DNA from: Acinetobacter wanghuae | GTDB lineage: Bacteria > Pseudomonadota > Gammaproteobacteria > Pseudomonadales > Moraxellaceae | Length of the DNA: 32,000 bases | Direction: 5' to 3' | NCBI RefSeq assembly: GCF_009557235.1 | Contig: NZ_CP045650.1 | Coordinates: 1,260,001 to 1,292,000, forward strand | Shown: positions 1 to 8,410 of the stretch, in pieces | Layout of the letters: every line of letters begins with the position of its first letter | Position numbering within the stretch: position 1 is the stretch's first letter | Translations under genes and position numbers: made by a program | Notes under the pieces: model-generated | What the model saw: only the letters and a program-made list of their open reading frames with translations | Databases searched by the model: none | Told to the model about the DNA's origin: nothing

Positions 1-114
1 TTAGTGATGCAAAAGCGTGGCATTTACAAATATAATTGTATTGCCACAGTAGATGGCATAGTCGCAACAACCGCGGAAATTATGGTTTCGCATCAAAAAA
101 TCGAGCAGGCATGA
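1..114 (+). CDS. fabZ: 3-hydroxyacyl-ACP dehydratase FabZ, C-terminal end (partial, begins upstream of window)
   Basis: Frame 1 is open from base 1 to TGA at 112-114 (..GIYKYNCIATVDGIVATTAEIMVSHQKIEQA*). ATGA overlap with the lpxA start. Conserved fabZ-lpxA order. Confidence 0.7.
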   Translation, partial: LVMQKRGIYKYNCIATVDGIVATTAEIMVSHQKIEQA

Positions 115-899
115 TCACAGACACCCTAATCCATTCCACTGCCATCATTGATGCATCGGCAGATATTGCTTCTGATGTACAAATTGGACCTTATTGTATT
201 ATTGGCCCAAATGTCACAATTGGTGCGGGTACAAAACTCCACTCACATGTTGTCGTAGGTGGTTATACGCGTATTGGAAAGAATAACGAAATTTTTCAAT
301 TCGCAAGTATTGGTGAAGTGTGCCAAGATTTAAAATATGCAGGTGAGGAAACATGGCTCGAAATTGGTGATCATAACCAAATTCGTGAACATTGTAGCTT
401 GCATCGCGGTACAGTGCAGGATCAAGGTCTAACCAAAATTGGTAGTCATAATTTATTGATGGTCAATACCCATATTGCGCACGACTGTGTGGTGGGAGAT
501 CACAATATCTTTGCCAATAATGTCGGTGTAGCAGGTCATGTACATGTCGGTGATTATGTGGTTGTGGGTGGTAATTCAGGCATTCACCAATTCTGTAAGA
601 TCGATTCTTATAGCATGATTGGTGGTGCATCACTGATTCTTAAAGATGTCCCTGCTTATGTGATGGTATCGGGTAATCCTGCCCACGCGTTTGCAATGAA
701 TGTGGAAGGTATGCGTCGTAAAGGTTGGTCTAAGAATGTGATCCAAGGCTTACGTGATGCGTTTAAATTGATTTATAAGTCAGGTTTAACCACACAACAA
801 GCGATTGAACAGATTCGTGCTGACATTTTGCCTGAAGTGGCAGAAGTAAAGCTTTTAATTGACTCTTTAGAGCAATCGAAACGCGGCATTGTGCGTTAA
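111..899 (+). CDS. lpxA: acyl-ACP--UDP-N-acetylglucosamine O-acyltransferase LpxA
   Basis: Hexapeptide-repeat (left-handed beta-helix) protein starting MITDTLIHSTAIIDASADI at the internal ATG 111 of ORF 36..899. The C-terminal helical domain is typical of LpxA. Follows fabZ. Confidence 0.9.
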   Translation: MITDTLIHSTAIIDASADIASDVQIGPYCIIGPNVTIGAGTKLHSHVVVGGYTRIGKNNEIFQFASIGEVCQDLKYAGEETWLEIGDHNQIREHCSLHRGTVQDQGLTKIGSHNLLMVNTHIAHDCVVGDHNIFANNVGVAGHVHVGDYVVVGGNSGIHQFCKIDSYSMIGGASLILKDVPAYVMVSGNPAHAFAMNVEGMRRKGWSKNVIQGLRDAFKLIYKSGLTTQQAIEQIRADILPEVAEVKLLIDSLEQSKRGIVR

Positions 900-910
900 G
901 CTTGTGATAT

Positions 911-939
911 AAAAAAAGACACCAAAGGTGTCTTTTTTT
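911..939. terminator. bidirectional rho-independent terminator between lpxA and cpoB
   Basis: A-run, stem agacacc / ggtgtct with loop aaa, then T-run. Lies between convergent genes. Confidence 0.7.
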
Positions 940-960
940 ATGCCTAATTTTTATGCCTAA
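935..960. repeat. perfect 13-bp tandem duplication tttttatgcctaa x2
   Basis: 935-947 and 948-960 are identical. Located between the terminator and the cpoB stop codon. Confidence 0.9.
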
Positions 961-964
961 AATC

Positions 965-1838
965 TTATTGGAAGTATTTTGCTTCTTCAGATTGAGGATA
1001 TTTTGCCAAGAGTTTGGTTTTGTACTGCGCGGCAATCGTCGCTTTATTTTCTACATCTTTAGCAATGTTATATAACTGATAAACGGAACGTGCGGCACGC
1101 GCAGAATCTGGATAACGGTCCGCCACAATTGCATAGTTTTTCTTGGCTTCTGTGAAGTTTGGCGGTTCAATCCCAAGATTAAACTCTGCTAACCAAAAAT
1201 AGGCATTGCTGATATAAATGCTATTTGGGTTGTTTTTGATAAAGGTCTGCATTGGTGCAATGGCTTTTGCTGCACCACCTTTTTTATAAGCGTCCAATGC
1301 CACCGTATACGCCGCTTTTTCTTTCTCAGCGGCAGATAATGTAGGTGCAGCATCAGTTGAGCTATTTGGTGCTTTAGTCGTTTCTACATGCGATTTTTCT
1401 GTAATTGTCTTATCAGAAACCGTGGGCACTGCTTTAGGCGCTGGGTGCAGTATCCTGTTGGTTATCCTCCTCAGGTGTTGATTCTTCAGGCTCGATTTTT
1501 TGTTGTAATAACTCTAAACGCTGATCCAAATCGGCATAACGATTGGTGAGTTCATTCTTAAGAGATTGAATTTCGTTGTCTTGTTCTTCCATTTTTCCGC
1601 GCAGCACACGAATATCATTTTCAAGTTGTTGGTTTTTTTGTAGCAACTGCCAATTCAGATTGGTTTGAACTGGGGTGTCGTTGCCAGTCGAGATCGCCGG
1701 TAATGTACTGACAGGTGCTGGCGTTGATGCTTGGCTTAAACCGCGTGATTCAATCGGAACATTGGCGAATAAAGAGGGTGTAGTTAAGGCGAGGGCGATA
1801 CACAAAACATGCTTTTTCAACATTGTCATGGATTCCAT
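965..1838 (-). pseudogene. cpoB: cell division coordinator CpoB (YbgF), split by a frameshift into ORFs 1434..1838 and 965..1429
   Basis: The N-terminal ORF has a signal peptide plus coiled coil (NLNWQLLQKNQQLENDIRVLRGKMEEQDNEIQSL). The C-terminal ORF has TPR repeats (AYFWLAEFNL, YPDSARAARSVYQL). The two ORFs are adjacent but in different frames. The downstream frame is already open upstream of the TAA at 1434-1436. Confidence 0.75.
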
Positions 1839-2057
1839 ATGGTGTCTTGTTAACGTGCATACATGCCGTCAAACGCAAGATTTATTTATAAATGTATTGG
1901 ACACATTAAAAACGTCATGCTGTGGAATTGCAACATCCTTTTACAAAGATAAGCTGAATTTTTAGGGGCTAAAATTAGAATTTTCTAGCTAAATGTGATG
2001 GATTGATTTTAAATTAATCAAACGGATAGCGAATTTGATAAATCTAAGCAACAGTTC

Positions 2058-2085
2058 TTGCAACTTCATTAAAAATCTCTATACT
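2058..2085 (+). promoter_or_regulatory. putative sigma70 promoter of ffs
   Basis: TTGCAA (2058-2063), 16-nt spacer, TATACT (2080-2085), about 12 nt upstream of the SRP RNA 5' helix. Confidence 0.5.
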
Positions 2086-2096
2086 CTGTTCTTGCA

Positions 2097-2211
<115 letters not shown>

Positions 2212-2481
2212 ATATTTATAACAAAAATCGTGTAACCTTCTCTGACTAGTCAATCATTGTATTTCTCAAATTCAAATCTTCTGTTTCAAGTCTATATTTT
2301 TTGCTTTAAAAGCTCTGCTCTGATTTAAATTTTATCCCACAAGACTTTAATCCCTTTTGAAATAATGGTTTTCTGTATAATTCAACTTGCTTGATCTTAC
2401 AACAAAAACAGATTTATACTGCATTCAGTGCTCAATATTTGGGTGCTCTAAACTTATATTTAAATTATAAAATTGATAACA

Positions 2482-2897
2482 ATGAATCAAGTATCTTTAA
2501 TTTATGCAGGGCAAGTTTTAAAATATTCCGTGCTTCGGAAGTTATTTTATTCCATTATTTTGGTTTTTTGTATCATTGGGAACTTATTGGTTTTATTGCC
2601 ATATGGAATGGTCAAATTAACGCAATATGGTTTTTCTGAATTCTCTTGGGTTCTGTTGATCTGTATTTTAGGATTAATTGAAATACACCTTATACCGTAT
2701 TTGAGAAATCCCATACAGAATCTCATCATAGAGCAAGTGGGGCGAAGTATTATTTATATTTGAATGGTATTCAGAATGGTGATTATCAGGTAAAACGAGT
2801 GCGTTGGTAGACTTATGAAAATAGCAAGATTGGCGATACTCATCTTGTGAAAGTAAGAGCTGGAAACTTAGGCATTCGATGGACTAAAGATGATTAA
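2482..2897 (+). pseudogene. decayed paralog of the 3284..4498 membrane-protein gene (N-terminal about 93 codons, internal deletion, in-frame stops, C-terminal remnant)
   Basis: N-terminus MNQVSLIYAGQVLKYS plus two TM helices parallels MHLKYKVYAGRILTYT plus two TM helices of the intact copy. The remnant ..YENSKIGDTHLVKVRAGNLGIRWTKDD* parallels ..YDSKQIGDEYQIKTYKGNLGIAWTQTN... It has the same TTAA stop/stop overlap with a recX 3' end. Stops at 2761 and 2808. Confidence 0.6.
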
Positions 2898-3160
2898 TCT
2901 TCATTATTCGGTTTACGCGTAATGGCTTTAATCATTGTATCCATTTCAAAACCACGGTACATCAAGAAACGAATTTGCTTGGCTTTGATTTTGTGATCTT
3001 TGCTGACTTCAACTGCATATTTTTTAACTTTCAGTTCATAGGCTTGTTGTGCCCAATCAGTTTCTTTCAGTTCTTCCGCAATTAAAGCGCTATCAATTTT
3101 TTTGCTTTTGAGCTTTATTTTAATTTGATTCGGGCCTTTACGCTTTTGGCTTGAGAGCAT
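2894..3160 (-). pseudogene. truncated recX paralog: C-terminal 88 codons only, ORF intact
   Basis: MLSSQKRKGPNQIKIKLKSKKIDSALIAEELKETDWAQQAYELKVKKY.. aligns end to end with residues about 116-205 of RecX (4495..5112). There are 14 mostly conservative substitutions and 2 small indels. A 32-nt run is identical (3027-3058 = 4625-4656). Confidence 0.85.
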
Positions 3161-3283
3161 GTTCTCTTTATTTAAATCTCATTCTTCATTGAATCTCCAT
3201 TCATATCCTAACTTTACTTTATCAATGGCTTATTGTGATTAAGCTTGTTATTCTGTGTCTAAATAAAACTATTTCTAATAAAA

Positions 3284-4498
3284 ATGCATTTAAAATATAA
3301 AGTTTATGCTGGTCGTATATTGACCTATACACCTCAACTTAAAGAAACACGATTACTGCTTTTGTGCGGCTTTGCTGTGTTTGTTTTTCCATTGTTGATT
3401 TACTTTAATCTTTCGCTGTGGAATGCAGCACAGCCTCTTTGGATGATTATTATCTCGATTACGGGGTCTGGTTTAATTGCTTTATTGTGTTTTGCTTTCC
3501 TCATTGAAACATGTAACTCAAAAATCGTCATTCATACTGATTCTTTGACGCAGCATTGTTGGTTTAAAACAAAAACAATTTATTATCGTGATATTCAAGG
3601 TTATCGTCTTGATCAAACACTCTCCATATATGGACAAGGTGGTCAGGTGATTTCAATACCACCACTTTTCTCACATCATTCAGAGATGTGTCAGATGATG
3701 AAAGTAAACTTTAAAAATTTAGCTGAAAATAATAGATCTGCTTATGATGAAGCTTTTTTTGCTCAAGTGGGGGAATTGTCTGCATCTGAAAAGCAGCAGT
3801 ATATTGATAAAGCCAACAGACTTAATCAATGGATTGGCACTGTATGGTTTGTGCTTTTTATTTTAAGTTTTTTTCAGGTGTCTGAATATTTCGAACTTGC
3901 ATTTTATTTAGGGGTATTTTTTTATTTCTACTTAAGTTATTCCGAACGGAGTTTGCTACGTATTCACTTTGTACCGACGGCATTACCCAATGCGCTGCAT
4001 GCCATTTGGATACTCATGACGGTTTCGGGCTTACTTATGCTTTATGAAGTAATTGATCATCAAGACTTTGCGCGCTATCTCATATTCAGTATTGCATGTA
4101 GTGTTGTTTTATTTATTTTATTGTTCATCACTGCAAATTTATTTGATCAAAACGCAGGGATTGGTCATGTGTTTGGCATATTATTCGTCATATTTATCCT
4201 TATGTTTATTTATTCGATGAGTTTTGTGAGTTTCTTAAATCGTATGGGGAAACAAGAGGTTTTATATACTCAAACCTATACAGTCATTGATAAAGATTAT
4301 TCGTCTGGTATTCGTGGGGCACCATTACGTTATTCTTTTGTTTTAAAGTCTTCATCAGGTACAGTGCTTTACAATATCGGTGTACTGTCATCACATTATG
4401 ATTCAAAACAAATTGGTGATGAATACCAAATTAAGACCTATAAAGGCAATTTAGGCATTGCTTGGACGCAAACCAATGGCTATTCCGAGGGCGATTAA
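3284..4498 (+). CDS. uncharacterised polytopic membrane protein (2 TM + PH-like soluble segment + about 5 TM + beta-rich C-terminal domain)
   Basis: 404-aa ORF with about 7 clear hydrophobic helices, in an AT-rich region. The stop codon overlaps the recX stop on the opposite strand (TTAA at 4495-4498). I recognise no family. Confidence 0.65.
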   Translation: MHLKYKVYAGRILTYTPQLKETRLLLLCGFAVFVFPLLIYFNLSLWNAAQPLWMIIISITGSGLIALLCFAFLIETCNSKIVIHTDSLTQHCWFKTKTIYYRDIQGYRLDQTLSIYGQGGQVISIPPLFSHHSEMCQMMKVNFKNLAENNRSAYDEAFFAQVGELSASEKQQYIDKANRLNQWIGTVWFVLFILSFFQVSEYFELAFYLGVFFYFYLSYSERSLLRIHFVPTALPNALHAIWILMTVSGLLMLYEVIDHQDFARYLIFSIACSVVLFILLFITANLFDQNAGIGHVFGILFVIFILMFIYSMSFVSFLNRMGKQEVLYTQTYTVIDKDYSSGIRGAPLRYSFVLKSSSGTVLYNIGVLSSHYDSKQIGDEYQIKTYKGNLGIAWTQTNGYSEGD

Positions 4499-5112
4499 TC
4501 CTCATTCGGTTTGCGGTTAATTGCTTTGATAATCGCATCCATTTCAAAGCCACGGTACATCAAAAACCGAATTTGTTTGGCTTTGAGTTTGGGTTCTTTT
4601 GCTACATCTACGCCATATTTTTTGACTTTCAGTTCATAGGCTTGTTGTGCCCAATCGGTTTCTTTGAGTTCATCTGCAATTAATGCGGTATCGACTTTTT
4701 TATTTTTGAGTTTCATTTTGATTTGATTCGGACCTTTGCCCTTGCGTTTTTGGCTCGACAACATCATTTCAGCAACGCGTTGGTCACTTTGATAGTTCTC
4801 GCGTGATAACTCATCGACTAATGTGATGACTTCATCGCGGTCATCTGCATATAACGCAAGCTTCTCAATCAGTTCAGCTTTGGCATATTCTTTACGGGTA
4901 AGGACTGCAAAGGCATAGGAACGTAAACGCGTGCCTGTTAGCCCTGGTCGTTTCTTTTCTTCTTTGTTGTCGCTAAACAAGCGCTCTTCAGGATCAAATT
5001 CAGCTTTGACAGGTGTGCTAAAAGCAGAGGTCTTGGTTTGTGGGTCATCCTCTCCAAATTGCTGTTTTAAAGCCTCGTAATCGAGCAATTTAGGGAATTT
5101 TGCTTCGGACAT
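4495..5112 (-). CDS. recX: recombination regulator RecX
   Basis: 205 aa, directly downstream of recA. Helical-repeat sequence (RSYAFAVLTRKEYAKAELIEKL.., KQIRFLMYRGFEMD) is typical of RecX. Confidence 0.9.
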   Translation of the reverse strand: MSEAKFPKLLDYEALKQQFGEDDPQTKTSAFSTPVKAEFDPEERLFSDNKEEKKRPGLTGTRLRSYAFAVLTRKEYAKAELIEKLALYADDRDEVITLVDELSRENYQSDQRVAEMMLSSQKRKGKGPNQIKMKLKNKKVDTALIADELKETDWAQQAYELKVKKYGVDVAKEPKLKAKQIRFLMYRGFEMDAIIKAINRKPNED

Positions 5113-5144
5113 AATGATCTCTACAGAAATGACCTTGCCATCAT

Positions 5145-5166
5145 AACAAAACGCCCCGTAGGGCGC
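5145..5166 (-). terminator. recA-recX intergenic hairpin (attenuator/terminator)
   Basis: On the minus strand: CGCCC-TACG-GGGCG followed by TTTTGTT. A readthrough terminator between recA and recX is known in E. coli. Confidence 0.5.
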
Positions 5167-5186
5167 TCTGAAAGGACGTTTAAAGA

Positions 5187-6224
5187 TTATGCATCTAAAA
5201 GGTCGATGTCTTCATCTTTTTCTTCAACCACTTTGACAGGTGTCAGAAGCTGTTCGCGAATGAGTTTTTCAATGGTTTGCGCCATTTCTTTATGTTCTTC
5301 AAGATAACGAATCGTATTGTTCTTACCTTGACCAATTTTATCGCCTTGATAAGAATACCAAGCACCCGCTTTTTGAACAATTTCTTGGCTGACAGCGAGG
5401 TCAATCAATTCGCCTAAATGGTTCACGCCTTTACCGTAAAGGATTTGGAATAACGCTTCTTTAAATGGAGGCGCCATTTTGTTCTTCACCACTTTTACGC
5501 GGGTTTCTGAACCGACAATTTCATCGCCTTCTTTGACTTGACCAATACGACGAATGTCAAGACGAACAGAGGCATAGAATTTAAGCGCGTTACCGCCTGT
5601 TGTGGTTTCAGGGCTACCAAACATCACACCAATTTTCATACGAATTTGGTTAATGAAGATGACCATACAGTTTGAACGCTTGGCATTACCCGTAATTTTA
5701 CGGAGTGCTTGGCTCATCAAACGTGCTTGTAGCCCCATGTGCGAGTCACCCATTTCGCCTTCAATCTCAGCGCGAGGGGTCAAAGCTGCCACGGAATCGA
5801 CTACGATCATGTCAATGGCACCAGAGCGTACCAACATATCTGCGATTTCAAGCGCTTGCTCACCGTGATCGGGTTGCGATACAAGTAAGTTGTCGATATC
5901 TACACCAAGTTTACGCGCATATTGCGGATCAAGTGCGTGTTCGGCATCGATGAAGGCACATGTACCACCGGCTTTTTGACATTCGGCAATCGCTTGCAAT
6001 GTCATTGTGGTTTTACCTGAAGATTCAGGACCGTAGATTTCTACGATACGACCTTTGGGTAAACCACCAATACCGAGTGCGATATCTAGTGTGATTGAAC
6101 CAGTAGAAACAGCTTCAACTGCTTGAACGGTATTATCACCAAGACGCATTACTGAATTTTTACCAAACTGTTTTTCAATTTGGCTTAAGGCAGCGTTGAG
6201 CGCCTTGCTTTTATTATCATCCAT
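5187..6224 (-). CDS. recA: recombinase RecA
   Basis: 345 aa with Walker [10 protein letters not shown], plus [10 protein letters not shown] and the L1/L2 loop regions. Unmistakable RecA. Confidence 0.98.
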   Translation of the reverse strand: MDDNKSKALNAALSQIEKQFGKNSVMRLGDNTVQAVEAVSTGSITLDIALGIGGLPKGRIVEIYGPESSGKTTMTLQAIAECQKAGGTCAFIDAEHALDPQYARKLGVDIDNLLVSQPDHGEQALEIADMLVRSGAIDMIVVDSVAALTPRAEIEGEMGDSHMGLQARLMSQALRKITGNAKRSNCMVIFINQIRMKIGVMFGSPETTTGGNALKFYASVRLDIRRIGQVKEGDEIVGSETRVKVVKNKMAPPFKEALFQILYGKGVNHLGELIDLAVSQEIVQKAGAWYSYQGDKIGQGKNNTIRYLEEHKEMAQTIEKLIREQLLTPVKVVEEKDEDIDLLDA

Positions 6225-6368
6225 CTTACAACCTCAATACGATGTCACAAAATTAGTACTCAAGTGGATGTCTTAAATTAGAACGTGTTCCACCCGAGTA
6301 TAGTGACAGAATTATCCCTAGTGTTCTATACGCGTCAGGGCGTGTGCGACACATTCTGACGTGCAAAT

Positions 6369-6809
6369 TTACTCATCATTATACGACCATTGATGGTCAA
6401 ACATCTGACTATTTTCATCTTGAAATTTATGAATATCACGCCGATCTTTCTTGCTTGGGCGATGATCTGGTCGAGCTAAATTATGCATCTTTCTTTGTGA
6501 TGCAAGCAATTCTCTTTTCTCAATACTTTCAGGCGTTTCGTCGTAAAGTTGCTGTGCAACGGGTGCAGGACCACGTACATCTGACAAAGCTTTAATCTGT
6601 ACTGTTTTTTTCTCAAGGCCTTGCTGAATGGTGAGTTGCATCCCCACACGGACTTCGCGTGAGACTTTAACGCGTTCACCATCAATATGAACCTTACCGC
6701 CTTCAATGGCATTTTTAGCAATGGAGCGAGTTTTAAAGAAACGCGCTGCCCAAACCCATTTATCTACACGCATGCTGAGCGCATTTTCGGGTAAGTTTGA
6801 CTTACGCAT
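6369..6809 (-). CDS. hslR: ribosome-associated heat shock protein Hsp15 (S4 RNA-binding domain)
   Basis: MRVDKWVWAARFFKTRSIAKNAIEGGKVHIDGERVK is an S4-domain signature with a basic C-terminal tail. Overlaps the upstream HAD gene by 8 nt, matching the E. coli yrfG-hslR arrangement. Confidence 0.85.
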   Translation of the reverse strand: MRKSNLPENALSMRVDKWVWAARFFKTRSIAKNAIEGGKVHIDGERVKVSREVRVGMQLTIQQGLEKKTVQIKALSDVRGPAPVAQQLYDETPESIEKRELLASQRKMHNLARPDHRPSKKDRRDIHKFQDENSQMFDHQWSYNDE

Positions 6810-7488
6810 ATTTTTGTTCGACCTCGGCAGGATTTAAATGAGCGATGAGTTCTGTTAATTGGTCCAACATTGGATAATTACAAGTCACACGTGGTGCTTT
6901 TGCAGAAGAGGGCTGCTTGATTGAAAATAGATGTTCAATACCGTAGTTCTTCGCACCGTTTAATACTTTCTCGGTATCATCAATAAAATATACATGTTTG
7001 GCATTAAATGGATGTAATTTATTTAAGCCCTGCCAAAATTCGATAAATTCTTTGGCATGTCCAATCTGTTCTGAGCTCACAATCACATCAAAATAATCTG
7101 CAATGCCCATATGCTCAAGCTTGAATTTGAGTCCTGCACAATCGGCATTGGTGGCAAGCCACATTGGATAGCCATGATTCTTTAAATAATCGAGAAGTTC
7201 TAAGCAATTAGGGCGAAATGCGACTTTGTTTTTATGTTCGATTTGCATCGCTAAAACATCCACTTCGACTTTAGACGTCCAAAAGCGCGATGAGTACCAA
7301 TTTAAGGTATGATTATGTTCTTGATAAAATGCATATAGCGTTGCTTTGCTCTGCTCGATACTGCAGTTGTGCAGTTCGGCATAACGAATGGGAAGCAAAT
7401 CATTCCAGATGAAATCATCATAAGCAAGATCAAGTAAAGTGCCGTCCATATCAAAAATAATGGTCGGTTTTTCTGAGCAATTCGACAT
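6802..7488 (-). CDS. HAD-superfamily hydrolase (YrfG-like nucleotidase)
   Basis: Motif I FDMDGTLLD, motif IV FIDD. Start taken at MSNCSEKPTIIFDMDG (ATG 7488) rather than the ORF-track start at 7557. Confidence 0.8.
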   Translation of the reverse strand: MSNCSEKPTIIFDMDGTLLDLAYDDFIWNDLLPIRYAELHNCSIEQSKATLYAFYQEHNHTLNWYSSRFWTSKVEVDVLAMQIEHKNKVAFRPNCLELLDYLKNHGYPMWLATNADCAGLKFKLEHMGIADYFDVIVSSEQIGHAKEFIEFWQGLNKLHPFNAKHVYFIDDTEKVLNGAKNYGIEHLFSIKQPSSAKAPRVTCNYPMLDQLTELIAHLNPAEVEQKYA

Positions 7489-7534
7489 AATCAGGTTTTC
7501 TATGTTTAAAGCAACGACATCACCACAGGATCCC

Positions 7535-8350
7535 ATGATCTTGCAGTTTGTGCCCATTTTGACACAAGCCTGTGAAATTTTGCGAGAAGAATATCAGCGA
7601 TATTGTTCAGGTGAGGCTTTTAATATTGAAAAGAAAAATGATGATTCGCCCGTAACGCAAGCCGATTATCGGGTCAATCGCTATTTGACAGAGGCTTTAG
7701 CCCATATTTCTGATTTACCACTGTTATCAGAAGAAGGTAAAGAAGATGATCGTAAGCATTGGCAGGAATTTTGGTTATTAGATCCTTTGGATGGCACCAA
7801 AGAGTTTTTGCATAAACGCCCTGAGTTCACCATTAATTTAAGTTTAATCAAAGGCAGTTTGACGACATTTGCCATTTTGGCAATTCCTGCGCAGCGGATT
7901 ATTTATTTTTGTCCTGAACAAGGTCTACCACTTAAATATCATTATCAAATTCAACAGTGGTTTACTTATTTTGCTGTTGAAACCGCTGTTATTCATGTGG
8001 GCTTAAGTCAAAGTAGTCAAAAGAAACCGAAGTATCAGCAATATTTAGATCAGTTAGCAAAACTCACGGACTATGCTGAATTTAAAGCAGGTAGTGCATA
8101 TAAGTTTTGTATGATTCTTGAAGATCAAGTCGATATTTATCCGCGTTTTCACCCCACTTGTGAATGGGATACCAGTGCTGGTCAATGTATGATCGAACGC
8201 ATTGGTGGTGGCTTGGTCGATTTTAAAGGACGTCCTTTTATTTATAATCAACGGGATACCTTGTTAAATGGCGGATTTATTGCTTATAAGAATGCCCAAA
8301 TGAAAACAATTGCCTTGCAGGCGCTACATGAGATGCACGTTGAGCATTGA
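7535..8350 (+). CDS. cysQ: 3'(2'),5'-bisphosphate nucleotidase CysQ (inositol monophosphatase family)
   Basis: WLLDPLDGTKEF and SEE motifs of the IMPase/CysQ family. Start uncertain (ATG 7535 or 7502); the ORF-track start 7439 would overlap the divergent HAD gene. Confidence 0.8.
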   Translation: MILQFVPILTQACEILREEYQRYCSGEAFNIEKKNDDSPVTQADYRVNRYLTEALAHISDLPLLSEEGKEDDRKHWQEFWLLDPLDGTKEFLHKRPEFTINLSLIKGSLTTFAILAIPAQRIIYFCPEQGLPLKYHYQIQQWFTYFAVETAVIHVGLSQSSQKKPKYQQYLDQLAKLTDYAEFKAGSAYKFCMILEDQVDIYPRFHPTCEWDTSAGQCMIERIGGGLVDFKGRPFIYNQRDTLLNGGFIAYKNAQMKTIALQALHEMHVEH

Positions 8351-8410
8351 GCAAAAAATTGAGCATGCTATAGTAGCTTCAAGTCCTATCAAATCACAGT
8401 TGGCGCTGAC

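Noticed and set aside
763-1965. ORFs 763..1035 (-) and 1675..1965 (+).
   Set aside because: The first runs through the lpxA 3' end and the bidirectional terminator. The second is antisense to the cpoB signal-peptide region. Neither has a recognisable protein-like sequence.
2391-2729. ORFs 2391..2639 (+) and 2547..2729 (-) in the AT-rich region left of recX'.
   Set aside because: They overlap the decayed membrane-gene copy in other frames. In AT-rich DNA, ORFs of this size are expected by chance.
4462-4683. ORF 4462..4683 (+) overlapping the recX 3' end.
   Set aside because: Antisense to the well-supported recX. Its repetitive Phe-rich translation is typical of a shadow frame.
5602-5953. ORFs 5602..5868 and 5705..5953 (+) antisense to recA. 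Similar antisense or overlapping ORFs lie inside roxA (16001..16671), pgk, fba, glnS, maf, nfsB, trmA, the kinase gene and others.
   Set aside because: They lie wholly inside strongly supported genes on the opposite strand or in another frame, and their sequences are low-complexity or atypical. They are shadow ORFs.
6225-6368. Looked for a LexA/SOS box or other palindromic operator upstream of recA, for example gaacgtgttc at about 6281-6290.
   Set aside because: No CTGT-N8-ACAG box is present. gaacgtgttc is not a true palindrome and lacks the GAAC-N4-GTTC spacing. Acinetobacter is known to lack a canonical LexA system, so absence is expected.
6379-6389. ttatacgacca, an XerC-arm-like 8/11 match.
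   Set aside because: It lies inside the hslR coding sequence with no XerD-like arm at the correct spacing.
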